Origin: Octopus sinensis
Lineage: Eukaryota
Direction of reading: 5' to 3'
DNA length: 64,000 nt
Assembly (NCBI RefSeq): GCF_006345805.1
Contig: NC_043010.1
Location: 36,890,001-36,954,000 of the forward strand
A program made the translations under genes and the position numbers. This document shows positions 40,657-53,340 of this stretch, piece by piece. The notes under the pieces were generated by a model. It was not told the DNA's origin. It did no database searches and was given only the letters and a program-made list of their open reading frames with translations. The number at the start of each line of letters is the position of its first letter. Positions within the stretch are counted from its first letter, which is position 1.

Positions 40657-42097
40657 ATAGCTTAAAATGGAGGGTGAAGCGGAACAATGCATGCAAATAT
40701 GATGAAATTATTATTACACAAATATTAAACACAAAATATGTAAACTATAATAATAACTGTGATAAGATTAAGAGAGACCTGAAGTAGATTTATAATTTTG
40801 TAGATTAAAATTAAAACTCACAAAAGAGCCTAGCAGTCGACGACTAAGGAAGGGACTCTGCATTTAATATTAATTTAAATATAATAATTGTCCAAGTATG
40901 GAAGGAAGAATCAAACTAGATAGATTACAACTGAATACACACACACATTTAGGGAGCGGCTTTTTGCTTTCAAGTTCTAAGGAATGCACACATCACTGAA
41001 CTAAAATTAGAGGATTTAAAACAAGTCCTGATCATGGACGTTATTATCATCATTATGTAGGCTGCTTTCTTCCTTTTAAAATCCTATTATTACACACAAA
41101 TCATTATAAGTCAATGAGTGTGTGATAAATACAAAACCATACACACTTGGTTGAATTGATATTTTCGTTTGCTGAGCTGAAACAAAAATCAGAAATGTAG
41201 GAAGGGCGGTGTAGAAAAGAAAGTGAAATTAACATTATATATATGTATATATATACATACAATGTAGTATATGTGGTGGTGGGGAGACAGAGAGCGGGTT
41301 TCGTGGAATAAGCAAGAGTAACAGTACTTAATACAGAAATATAAATACTTTTCTGTATTTCATCGGTACAAAAGTGAGTCAAGGACCGAGAGTTTAGTGC
41401 TTAGCAATTTGATCAGTGCCATGCACGACTCTCGGCCCCTCGAGTCGTCACTTAAGCAACTTTATACTGATTAAAAGTTTTTTTAAAAAAAGTGTGCGCA
41501 TACATATACATGTATACGATACATACTCTTATTTTTATTCTCTTATACGTGTGTGTGTGTACACACTGATCAGCAACTATGAGCATAAGAAACTACACAA
41601 AAAGGAAATGACAATCAGATTTCTTGCTTGTGTTAGTTAAGACTCCAGAAACAGATGGAGAAAGAAATACACATACATTGTACAGCCTTCTCTCTATCTA
41701 TCTATCACACTATCACACATCCTCCCCTACTTCTTTCATCTTACTGCCCTCCACCAAATCTTTCTAACCTACTACTACCCTTTCTATCAGACACAAAAAT
41801 ACACGCACCACTCTAACCCTCCTTTACCTCCTCTCCATTTCTGTACAGTAATAAATTCTACGCGGCGGTACTCGGGCAGTGTCTATGTGCCAGAAAACAA
41901 TCTCGGTACTCCTTCATGTCAGTGTTAATTTGCATAAAAGCGGGACCTGGATGATATTATATTCTAAGCCCGCCCGCTGCAGAGAAATAGGCAGTGGCAG
42001 CGGCTGGTTGGCTCAACTGGGTGGTTCGGTACTAGCAACTTAAACTTTCTATAGCCGTTATGATTGTCAAGAGATTGTATGTATGTATGTATGTATG

Positions 42098-42144
<47 letters not shown>

Positions 42145-43049
42145 CAGGCAAGCATATTTATCACACACACACAGCCAATGTCGATAAAACAGACACACGC
42201 ACACACATTAAAGACACATAACTAACTATGGCTTGAATTTCAAAAATCATACAATAGAAACCGACGGGCAAATCAGAGCCTCAAAGTGGGCCGGTTGGCA
42301 TGCTAGAAATAGCAGCCAAATTGCTCGCTACCGCCTTCAAAATATGGAACATTGTAGTATGTAGTCCGAACTTATACTTATACTTATGTCTACAAAAAAG
42401 GAAAAGCCGGGATAGTCACGACCAGATCGTCAACACCAACCTTGAGGATTAAAGAACAGCATTAGCATCTAGCATCACAACAACAAAACCAAATAAGTGG
42501 CACTCAAACAGCTAAAAATAGCAGCAGTACATATATCCCTCAATTCACATCCTCAATATCTTAAAACGAGAGGTCATGGCTACAACACCTTTTCAATCAC
42601 ATTCGATCGGCCCGATGAGAGCCAACTTGTAACTAACTAAACAACAACAAATACATTAATTCAAACAAAACAATATTTAACAACACAAAACTTTCATTCG
42701 TCATAGGCAATTTAGCAATTTAGTTGGGGTTAATTTTCCTATTCGAGAAAAAAAACATTTTGCGGAAATAACACCATAACTAAATGTGTTATGATGGCTT
42801 AAAGATGTCCACTGGTTGTTTTACTGCCATTTAGTTATTTCCTTCATCTTCAATCCTGTACTACTGATGAAGAAAAAGCCAAGATATTTTGATAATATGG
42901 TAACAACTTCCAAGCCACGCCTTGATAAACGATTTTTTTTTCAATATAAAAATATCCAATATATAAAATGTCTTGCACATACTATATAGACTATATGAAT
43001 TTCATATATATATGAAACACATTGTTTTTCTCTCACTCTCTCTCATTTT

Positions 43050-43200
43050 CTTTCATTCCCTCCATTTCCCCCACCCTTATTCCTTTCTGCTGAAGAGCGT
43101 ATGCTCGAAACGTAAAAGACTTTTTCCATTTTTCCCGAGCGTTAAACGAAAACACCTGCTTGTTCCTACAGCTGTCTTCGTCTTTTTTATTCCTCTTAAT
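43050..43200 (+). mobile_element. Penelope-like retroelement terminal-repeat fragment
   Basis: Carries the hammerhead motif plus a T-rich downstream tract; no RT or GIY-YIG coding sequence seen. Confidence 0.45.
43083..43119 (+). ncRNA. Minimal type I hammerhead ribozyme motif (Penelope-like element type), core variant
   Basis: CTTT-CTGCTGA-A-GAGC(GTAT)GCTC-GAAA-C-GTA/AAAG: helix I CTTT/AAAG, helix II GAGC/GCTC, palindromic ACGT helix III, GUA cleavage triplet; CUGCUGA replaces CUGAUGA. Confidence 0.6.
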
Positions 43201-43813
43201 TTGAACTACAAATATATATACATGACAGAGAGATCACCATATATACAGATGTATATAAAGGACACACACACTTCATAAATACAATCAGCATTCCTAATGA
43301 TCAAAATATTCTAAAAGAGACCTGCAACAATCAGAGTACTTAGGTGACAGAATGGCGCGCGCGCGCACGCACACAGTATATAATGTACAAGTACCATGGG
43401 ACTCAGGAGGATTAAGTCAAATATGTTTAAAAAAAGGAAGTGTGAAAAGTTTATGAGGAGTGGAGATGAGAGGAATGGACGAGTCGAGGAAAATAAAAAG
43501 ACAAGGATCAAACTGAAGTGTACAAAAAAAAATAATAATAATAACACGAAAAGCGGTGAATAAAATTATACATATGTCTATCTAGTTCGCCGGCTCGTCG
43601 ACAATGGCACAGGAAAAAACTTGCCAATATATATAAACCAAACGGGTAGTGATAAAAAGTAGGGTAGAAAATTTGCATCGACGACCGTTTTCGTATTTAC
43701 ACCGGTCTAAATAAAACAAAACAAAAAAAAAAAGAAACCGGTGTTCCGTAACTTATAATTTCGACAAATAGAGATCAATAAAATACCCAGACTGGAAAAA
43801 TAAAACACAAATA

Positions 43814-44543
43814 ATCGAGGAAATAGCTTTTAAAGGCGACAAGACACACACACACACATATATATATACACAAAGATATACATGTATCTATACATACACG
43901 CGCACACACACATATCTATACATACATAGGCGCGCACACACACATTATACATACATATATATATATATATATAAACACACATATATATATATAGTGTGTG
44001 TGTGTGTTTTATACGCTTGGTTATGGCCATACTTTTCCAAAACTATAGCAATAATCTGAGGATAAAACCATTTAGCAGGTCTTGATTAGATAGACCTATA
44101 CTGAATTACTAACAAAGCGGTACATTTCCATTTGAAATTATGAAGAATTGCTAAGAATAATAATGAACATGTGCTGACGGTGGTCCTACTAGGTGGATTA
44201 CCCAAAAAATAAAAAATCCGTAAGCATCGACCTACATATTTAACAGTACAAGACTTGGTTTTCATCTGCCTTCATAGACATTATTATTATCATCATCAAA
44301 TAAAACGACCAAACTGACTCATTTTAGTTTTTTTTCTTTTTGTCAACAAACCCAAGACCATACTGGAGTACTGCATTTGGAGTACACACATTAATTAGTC
44401 TGTCTTTCTCACACACATTTTTATATACACACGTTACATTCGTATGTGTATATGCATTTATATTTTTTCACGTGTAAGTGTAGCTAGCAATTAACGCATA
44501 CACATCCATTCGGCAGTCATTAAACACAAGCGTATATACACAC

Positions 44544-44579
<36 letters not shown>

Positions 44580-44647
44580 TCTCTCTCTCATATATATATA
44601 TTTGTGTGTGTGTGTGTCTTGCCGCCTTTAAAAGCTATTTCCTCGAT
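43814..44647. mobile_element. 834-bp segment bounded by 45-bp inverted repeats (unclassified MITE or fold-back)
   Basis: ATCGAGGAAATAGCTTTTAAAGGCG(A/G)CAAGACACACACACACACA at 43814-43858 and its reverse complement at 44603-44647, one mismatch. Confidence 0.7.
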
Positions 44648-45554
44648 CATATATACACACACATCCATCTGACGCATGCATGCATATATATATAGATATA
44701 TATATATATGAAAGTATTGACACACATATCCTTAAGTACACGCACACACACACAAATCCAGCTATTGCACGTTACACAACAGTGTGCTGCGTGTGTGTAA
44801 TAATCATAATTCCTCAATGGCTATATATGCAATCACAATCGATTGCTAATTAAGAAAATGTATTCACCATCAGCACTATCCACAAAATTTAAGGAGGAGA
44901 TAGGATGATGAGAAAAATATTCAAACCAAGAAGATTAATGACGAAGGAGAGGCTGAATGGAATTAGCTTAGAATATCTGCTGCAAGACTCATCATCAGCA
45001 ACTAAGATAATAGACGGTTGATCTTAGTCAAACGTTGTTTGTTATTTTGGGAGAAGGCGTGGAATTCATGCATAATATATTCAGAAACGTCTGGTGCAGG
45101 ACACTGAAGTTTTTACTTCCTTGCAAACTGTTTTGTTGTTTGGCTTAACACTGTACTTCCATTGGAGACCACGTTCTGTACTTTTCTCAGTATGTGTGTA
45201 GTGTAAGCATGTGTGTGATTACACAAACACACATTATATACATATATATAACTGTGTCACGGGGAATAAACTACATATTTGGTCCGTTTTATAAATAAAT
45301 CTATAACCACCACCACCACCAATTATAATAAAACCTTTATACACAAATTTTTAAAATAACCACAATCAAATCGTGGTACTTCTCTTCCTCATTGATGAGA
45401 TAGATTTATTTATAATTATTCAAGTTTGTGAATATATCTAGCCATTAAACAGAAAAAAACACTTGATTTTTCACACGCCTGTCGCGAAACTAAAGAAATA
45501 CGTGTGTGTATGTGTGCATATACATACATACACACACATACGTTTGTGTGTGTG

Positions 45555-45616
<62 letters not shown>

Positions 45617-46254
45617 GTGCGTATACATATGACACATGTGTGTACATGTGCTAGTGCGTATGTGTGTGTGTTCGTGTACAAGTGCACGTGTGTGTGTATC
45701 TAAATCACAACTTTCAACACCTTTCCTACCGCCCTTTCCGTTCATATAAGACACCCCCCTGTATATATCGGGCTTCTAACTAAATCATATTAACGAAAGT
45801 TAAGGGACCATTTTGTATAAATTTTCCATTCTGTGATAGAGCCATAATTACTGCAATCCAGTAACGTGAGAGGCGAGGAGAGTGTTACCAAATTATTTTT
45901 AGCCATATATATATATATATATTATATATATATATATTATAAAGTGGTATACCACAAACATATGAAGATCGTGAGAGATGGACTAGAAGAAATAAAATGC
46001 GTTTAGCTGGGCGAACAATTTGCAGGAAATAATCAAGTCAAGGTTAATTATCATTTCACTCTGAACAATAATCGATTTTAGAGATGGCAGAGGTGGTCGG
46101 AGCTAACTTGCGTTTAAAGGCGGCAACAAGGCAGTAAAGAACCCAAAAAAGAAAGACGAAGCAAAATACGGATTTCATTCGACAAAGAAAGAAATCTATA
46201 AAGGTCAATATACCTTTATAACGTAATAATATTAACAATAATAATTCTCTCTAA

Positions 46255-46678
46255 TTTTGGTACTAGGCCAGCAATTTATGAGAGGAGAGGCCAAATCAAT
46301 TATATCGACCTCAATACTTGACTGGTACTTCATCTTACTTCAAAATGTAAAAGAGCCGGAATAATGCCGCTAAGCATTTTATCCGACGCGCTAATAAATT
46401 CTGCCAGCTAACTGCCTTCATAGTAAAAACCCTTTCTGTTATACATACAAAAGGCAAAAGGCCTGAAACTTAGGAAGGGGGGGGGACTGGTCGATGATAT
46501 CGAACCCCAATACTCGACTGATACTTATTTTATCGACCTCAAAAGTGATGATGAAAGACAAAGCCGACTTCGATGGAATCTGAACTCCGAATGAATGTAA
46601 AGAGCTGGGGGGGGGGGGAAGTGCCGCTAAGCATTTTTTGTCCGACGCGGTTAACGATTCTGCTAGGTCGCCGCCTAA
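46255..46678 (-). mobile_element. Two tandem SINE family B copies
   Basis: GCCGCTAAGCATTTT..CCGACGCG..TTCTGC(C/T)AG blocks twice; further decayed B fragments at about 27650, 37690, 39300, 39840, 52100 and 59880. Confidence 0.8.
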
Positions 46679-48391
46679 ATAATAAATTGATCACAACGGA
46701 GAACAAACGGAACAAAAAAAAATACAATAAATATCTTCCCAGTTAACTGATTAATTAGGAATATATATATATATAGATAAGGTAACCCCAGTATGGCCGT
46801 ACGCAATCCCAATGATTGACACTGACATGTAAAAGATATATATTTGTTGTCGCTAATATGAAGATTGCAGGATATTTAGTAGATTCCTTGTTCGTTCGTT
46901 GACATAGTTTTTTTGTTTTTTTTTCTTTTTAATTCCGACAATATAACTACCATATTTTTCTCGCTCTTTCCCATCCTTTGTCTTTTAGACTTACTTACAC
47001 ACGCATAGAAATTTTGAAAATGAAAAAAATATATATATTTCTATTGTATATATTAAAACGAACAAAAAAAAAAACACTTGAACTGCTATGAATTTCGAAT
47101 TACATATAACAAGTGGAAACAGAATCTTTTGGGTCTTTTTAAATGCATTAAATTACAGATTTTAAATTTGAATTGCAGTAAATTAGGGTTAGAAATACTA
47201 TCATTGGTAAGTTTCGGGCCTAAACTGAAGGCGCAGAGTGAATAGAGGATTTTAAAAGAGAGAGATCCGTTTGAATCGGACAAGGCAAAACTACACACAT
47301 GGTAAAATTTCTAGCCAGCTTTTTATACACACATATCACACACGTATAAACACACACGTGTGTTTATGGAGATTTATATACATATATATTGTATGTATGT
47401 GTGTATGTGTATATATATATATATATATATAAACACATATTAATCCAGTATAACGCAGTCGCTCACATATATGTACATATGTATATATAATCTGTATATA
47501 TATATATATTTATGTGTGCGTGTGTGTGTGTATCACCACTGCCAGCCACCATCAGTACGGCAACCAACCAACAATGCTTTGCTTTCTTTCATATAGTGTT
47601 TGGCTCACTTGGCTTTCGCTCTTTTATAATGAATATAATAATGGCACAGTGGAATCGCTCTTAAATTGGCCACCGTGCCTGCTGGATGGCGCTGAAGCTG
47701 ATGATCTAAGCTTAGCTGTATTGTGTGTTGTTTGGTTTATTTAGCATGGCATGCCATGGCACTGAAGGATTCACCACTTTCCTACTTAGAGATTTTCCTT
47801 TCGCGCTGTCGATCGCTTTATTATTTTTTTTTTAAATATACACAAATATACATGCATGTGCGTATTATATATATATGTGTATATATGCAAGTGCCTGTTT
47901 GTGTATTCTTGCGTGTGGTTATTATCACAATGTGTTTATGAGCCTTTCGTGCGCTTCAAAACAATAGAGTGAATAATTTGGAATATATAATATACATACA
48001 CGCTTTAAGTACAACTTGTATTATTACTTTTTGTTTCTAGATTTTTAAATCATCGATGAAACTTAGAAAAGGAAAGTCCACAACCGAGAAGACAAATCTA
48101 CATATGTATGTGTATGTATGTATGTAAATGTGTGTGAGAAAAAGACAGAGAGCGTATGTAGATATGCATATGTATATATATATATGAAGTCGAAGAAGAC
48201 TGAACTGCATGTTTTAAGTTGGAAAACTCTCTCCCAGTTTGATTAATTTGAATGGCGAAGAGTGGAAATGGAGTGATAGGAAGTAAAAGATAGTGGAATG
48301 GAAGTGCATTTAGCCGCCGTCAGCCTTGGTGATTACCCCCCCCCCCCACTCTCCATTCTCGCTTTCTACATCTTGCTATCACCACGCTTAC

Positions 48392-48609
48392 CATACTATA
48401 TCACCACCACCAGCATAGAAAGAATCGCTACCGTTGCGATTTAAAGAGCCATTATGATGATCAGCATCATCACAACCACCATCACCACCTCCTCCTCCTC
48501 CTCCTCCTTTTTGCCCCACTAGCGAGACTAAAGCCTCAACAAGGTCGTACCCTCATGCTCGACATAGCAGCCTAATTTACATAAAAAACTACGAACTGCT
48601 AATCATGAA
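48392..48609 (-). other. Candidate 218-nt 5' exon ending exactly in ATG
   Basis: Minus strand: strong acceptor CCCTTCCTGTTTTTCTTTTCCTCCAG|TTC at 48609 and donor ATG|GTAAGC at 48392; contains a uORF (MSSMRVRPC*) and a GGA/GGT/GAT low-complexity tract. Confidence 0.45.
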
Positions 48610-49082
48610 CTGGAGGAAAAGAAAAACAGGAAGGGCACACAGAAAGAATATCGTAGCCCCAGATGAATAAGACGGGAAGGTTTAGGCTCGAACGTGTTTA
48701 GACCAGACTAGGGATGAACATCAACATTAGCAACGGCCAACCATCACCATCATCAACAACTAAGGTCATTATACATACATACATATAGATATACAAACTA
48801 ATTCGCTAATTTAGGAGTTGATTCCTTTAGTGTAGTATATTTTGATCAATACATCCAAACACTGAAGTTTACACTATATAAACACATCTTTTAGTGGGAT
48901 CCTAGTTATTGTACTGCGGCCATGCTGGGGCATCGTATTCACGCAAAACATTATACATAATGCATACACATAACCATATCGCTTTAGATATTTGTCTAAA
49001 CGCATCTGATCACAATGAAATCATAATGAAAATCTTCGTTTGCACAGATGTAACTATGATCCGAACACACATTTACATACAT

Positions 49083-49164
<82 letters not shown>

Positions 49165-50612
49165 AAAGCACAAAGAAGGCAAAACGGAAAGAACAAATAG
49201 AAAGGTGATTTAACAATTAATTAAATACATTAGACGACATCAAATAATTTTTTTGTTCCCAATCGACAATTAATTCATTATATACGAAGCAGTCTTAGTA
49301 TAGAATAGTATAAAGATATATGAATCGATGTTTTATATATTAAGTTTCTCTCCTGTAATCGGATGGTTTAATTTTTTCCCCTAGTTGGCGCCGTATTAAT
49401 TTTAACCCTGTAAACTATAAAGTTGTGCTTCATAAACATATAGATAGATTATATATACACACACACTACAGAGCTATCTATCAATATATATATACATAGA
49501 TATATATGTATGTATATCTATATATATATATATATATATATATGAATATTCGAGATAATCAAGTTAAGAGCGATTGATTTACACACGAGATTGAATCTAA
49601 TAAGAAAAGCGATGGCGGGCACCGCCGATGTTTCTTTATAGTATAACATAATCAAATACGACGACCGTCGCTGTCATCTTGACAAAATATAAATGTGTGT
49701 GTGTGTGCTTGGAATTTAAATGTAAATGGTTGAAGAGATTGGAATATTCATTTTAATTCTCTATGATGATGATGGGAGTAAAAAGATTTTAGTAATGTGG
49801 AAAGGTAGAAGTGGGGAGGGCGAATAAAAAATAAAATATTTGGAGCGGGAGAGCTGCAGAGATAATAGGAAAAGAGGAGGGGGGGACACGACGCGCACTC
49901 ACACAATCACTACACACACATATATACACATATACGTGGGAATACAAACACATCAATACATAAACATCTATTTTCTATACTTATATCATATATACTTACA
50001 CACACACACACATATATATATATACACATTTACACGTGTATGTACAGAGAAACATTTGTCTACTAAAGATCTAAACTCCTTAATTAAAGAAGTATACTTA
50101 TATGTATATGTGTGTGTGTGTGTGTCGATTATACAGATGCGTATATTATATACATTTACAGTGTAAATATGCATCCAGAAATCCAAAAACAATATATAAT
50201 ACAGCTCTTAGGCATTTACATACTTAAACATAAGCAGTGGAAAATATTTAAAAGACGAAAAACAGGAACAGAGTTAAGCAACACTAACAGCAATTAATAA
50301 ATCATATTTAAGAAATTTATGTGTGTGTGTGTGTGTTACATAGTTCATATAATAATAACGGGTTGAAAAGAATGATACAGCATTAAGCAAAATACGAAAA
50401 TATAAATACATATAAATATTGCACATATATACATAGATTTCAACGGCAAGTGCTCCAGCATTGGCTTAGCCTTCATGGCCAAACCGAACTTGAAAACACA
50501 CATAATTCGATATATATATACATAAGTATAAGAATATATATGTATATATATACACACGATATAAAACGATACACATATAAATGAATGTATAGATAATAAT
50601 AAATATATATAC

Positions 50613-51985
50613 CTTGATAAAACCGATAATTTAAAAGCAGGGGTAAAAATATATCCTCTGTCAGCGGTCGACTTTTAATAATTATCTTTTCCTCTCTTTC
50701 TCTCTCCCTCCCTCTCTCTTTCGTTCTCTTTCTTTCTCACTCACTCGCTTTCTCTCTCTCTCTCTCTCTCTCAAGTGGTTTTTGTTATAGTTTCCTCTCT
50801 TTTCACGCTTCTTCCACAGATTGGTTAATTGGTTGGGGGGGAGTATGGATTTTTGCGGTGGAGGGGGTATTTTGTTGTATTTTTTTTTCTTTTCTGTTAC
50901 TCTGTTACAGAAACAATTAAATTCCTTTTTTTTTTTGTTGTTATTTTTTTTTCAAATTTGAAATTAAATAAATTCCTTTTCAGACGAAAAAATTCATTCC
51001 TTTCACTCCGTATATAAATATACAATATATGATATAGACATATATCTATACATATATATGTATTATATATATAATTTTTTTCCTTGCTTCAATAAACAAA
51101 GCTACATAATATATATTTCTATATATAAAACGATTATTATAATTTTTTTTCCTTTCCGTTCCGTTCTTTGTTTTCAATAAACAAAAAAAGCTCAATCGCC
51201 CCCAAAAAAAATAACCGAGCGAACGAGCAAAGCCCCCAGAATATCCGAGACGAGCCGAGCAAAGCCGAACCTCGTTTCGTTAATAGTTATTAAAAGCCAA
51301 CTACTTTGTTTTTGTTTTTCCTGCTTTTGTTTTTACTTTGTTTTATTTTTTCTTTTCCTCCTCTCATTTCGTTTCTTTTTATTTTTCTTACAGTGTTTTT
51401 ATTATTATTCTCGTACTACTCTAGATACCAAAACTACTTTCCATTTATTTGTAGTTTTTACCTAAAATTACCACCACAGTAAATGCATCAAATATTACGT
51501 TTTTTCACATAAACTTAATTTATTTTTGATTTATGATATACATACGTATCGTCAAACAAAATATTATTAATTATCATAATTAGTTTCATTCCTCGTGAAG
51601 GAGGGGGAATCAACGGTTCTATGCTCTCCCTCTCATATATTTTCTTTCAAAATCTCGTCTTCGTGTTATCTTCTTAAATTTGTATTTTTTTTAGAACTTC
51701 GAATTTGCTTTTTCGTAATATCTTTATAAATATATATCAAATTTATATTTCGGTTATATTTCTTATTATTTGAAATTCCTTTTACTAAAATTATCACAAC
51801 TTTGCAACCGTAACTAAAACGTCTCCCTCTCTCTTTAAAAATCTCCTCTGCCTTCTCCGCGGTCCTTTTTTTTTATTTTTCCGTTTCGTTTCTTTTGTTT
51901 TCTCAAAAACCTGGACCTTAGCCGCCTCCCCCTTCCGCCTCTTCACCTCATTTACATCTCCTCCCCTCCACCTCATTTACATATC
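50613..51985 (-). other. Candidate promoter and non-coding first exon(s) of a divergently transcribed minus-strand gene
   Basis: CpG-rich segments at 51200-51290 and 51790-51985, purine-rich leader on the minus strand, donor-like AAG|GTATAT ending at 50613; about 1 kb from the MAEA 5' end. Confidence 0.35.
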
Positions 51986-52266
51986 TCTCTTTAACAGTTT
52001 TTACTATTAACTAAATTATTGAACCTGTTACCAAAACAAAAAATGAAATAATTAGGAAGATAAATTTTTCAAATTCAGCTATATATATATATTATTTTAT
52101 TACTTTTTGACACGTTCTGAATTCAAATCGTGGGTGGGAGTCAACTTTAGCTTTCATCTTTACGGAGGTTGGAGATAAATCGATAAAATTAAGTAAATAC
52201 CAATCATTTAACAGGGATCTCTTCTATTATAATTCCATTCGAAAATACATGTTTAAAAGGATTTAA

Positions 52267-52478
52267 GGAGTTCGTTAAATTTCTTCCAACCGCTTGAAGT
52301 ATTTCAAATTTTCAGATTATTTTCAAAGATGTAGTTTTGCATGCAAATGACGAAAATCGCATTTCTTCCCCCCCCCCTAGAAATTAATAAATAAGTTACA
52401 TCAGTTTATAAACAAAATTTTTTTAAATGGTGAAAATTTGAAATATTTCAAGTGATTGGAAGAAATTTAACTAGATCC
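52267..52478. mobile_element. 212-bp MITE with about 39-bp inverted arms and a 9-bp near-TSD
   Basis: GTTAAATTTCTTCCAACCGCTTGAAGTATTTCAAATTTT (52274-52312) inverted to AAAATTTGAAATATTTCAAGTGATTGGAAGAAATTTAAC (52433-52471); ends AGATCC; flanks AGGATTTAA / AGGATTAAA. Confidence 0.65.
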
Positions 52479-52879
52479 AGGATTAAATTAACTGCATCTG
52501 TCTTATCCCTCCTGCCCGCCAAAAAGGAAAAAATAAATAAATAAATATAACATTTGTGGCCCCTGTGCTTGTATTAGTAATTGATAATAAGTAATTGAGA
52601 GTTTTGAATTATATTTCCACACTTAAATTTATTACTTTTACTCTTTATTTTATTTATTTAATTATCTAGCCTTAAACTTACGATATTGCAAATCACAATT
52701 CAAAAATGTTTTAAAAATCATAATTTTTTTGAAAATATTCGACAGCAGCATTGCTTTCAGACTTGTTGTCAACACAACTATTATTATTAGTAATACTGTT
52801 GTTGTTAATGTAAATTTTCTTTTAATTGAATCTTACTTAATTCCAAATAAATTATCGTACAATAATATTTATTTATTTT

Positions 52880-53049
52880 TAAGTAATTTTTAGTTGTCAG
52901 CAAAGACGAGACCGGGGCGTTTAAAGGTTTTATTTATTTGATTATTTTTTATTATTTTTTTGCTGCTGCGCTGTGCTGCTTGTTAACATTTATTTCTGCT
53001 ATTCTGTGTTCCGTGCCTTGTTTTTGAATTGTTGAGAAAATCCTTAAGT
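52880..53049 (+). promoter_or_regulatory. Probable TSS region and 5' UTR of MAEA
   Basis: CpG-containing stretch (GACGAGACCGGGGCG, GCTGCTGCGCTGTGCTGC) directly upstream of the MAEA ATG; exact TSS not determinable from sequence. Confidence 0.5.
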
Positions 53050-53088
53050 ATGGCGGACGTGAAAGCATTGGAGCACCCCACTCTTAAG
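53050..53088 (+). CDS. MAEA: First coding exon of MAEA (macrophage erythroblast attacher / Gid9-type CTLH E3 ligase subunit); partial CDS, remaining exons lie beyond the window
   Basis: AAGT-ATG GCG GAC GTG AAA GCA TTG GAG CAC CCC ACT CTT AAG|GTAAAC translates to MADVKALEHPTLK and ends at a phase-0 GT donor. It matches the conserved MAEA N-terminus (human ...VQEYPTLK-VPYETLNKRFR). No VPYE-type exon 2 was found in 53089-64000. Confidence 0.82.
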
Positions 53089-53280
53089 GTAAACTATTAA
53101 ATAAACCCTCATTCCATATTCGTATGCCATTTCAGTGAAAGGACAGACAGACAGTATGTGTGAGTAACCAGAACCGACACACCCAGACAGTCTGCTTGTC
53201 TTGGGGTTCGAGATATCTCAGTAAATATAGAGTAAGATTAAAATTCTTCGCTTGTGTTTGCCACCTTGGATACGATGAGA

Positions 53281-53340
<60 letters not shown>

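Noticed and set aside
40538-43678. Several octamer motifs (ATGCAAAT/ATTTGCAT at about 40538, 40691, 41928 and 43671)
   Set aside because: A handful of hits is roughly the chance expectation for this 8-mer in 64 kb of AT-rich DNA.
53136-53159. Possible poison exon or alternative donor (CAG|TGAAAG...GT|GTGAGT) just after MAEA exon 1
   Set aside because: The implied upstream intron is only 47 nt and the polypyrimidine tract is weak; needs RNA evidence.
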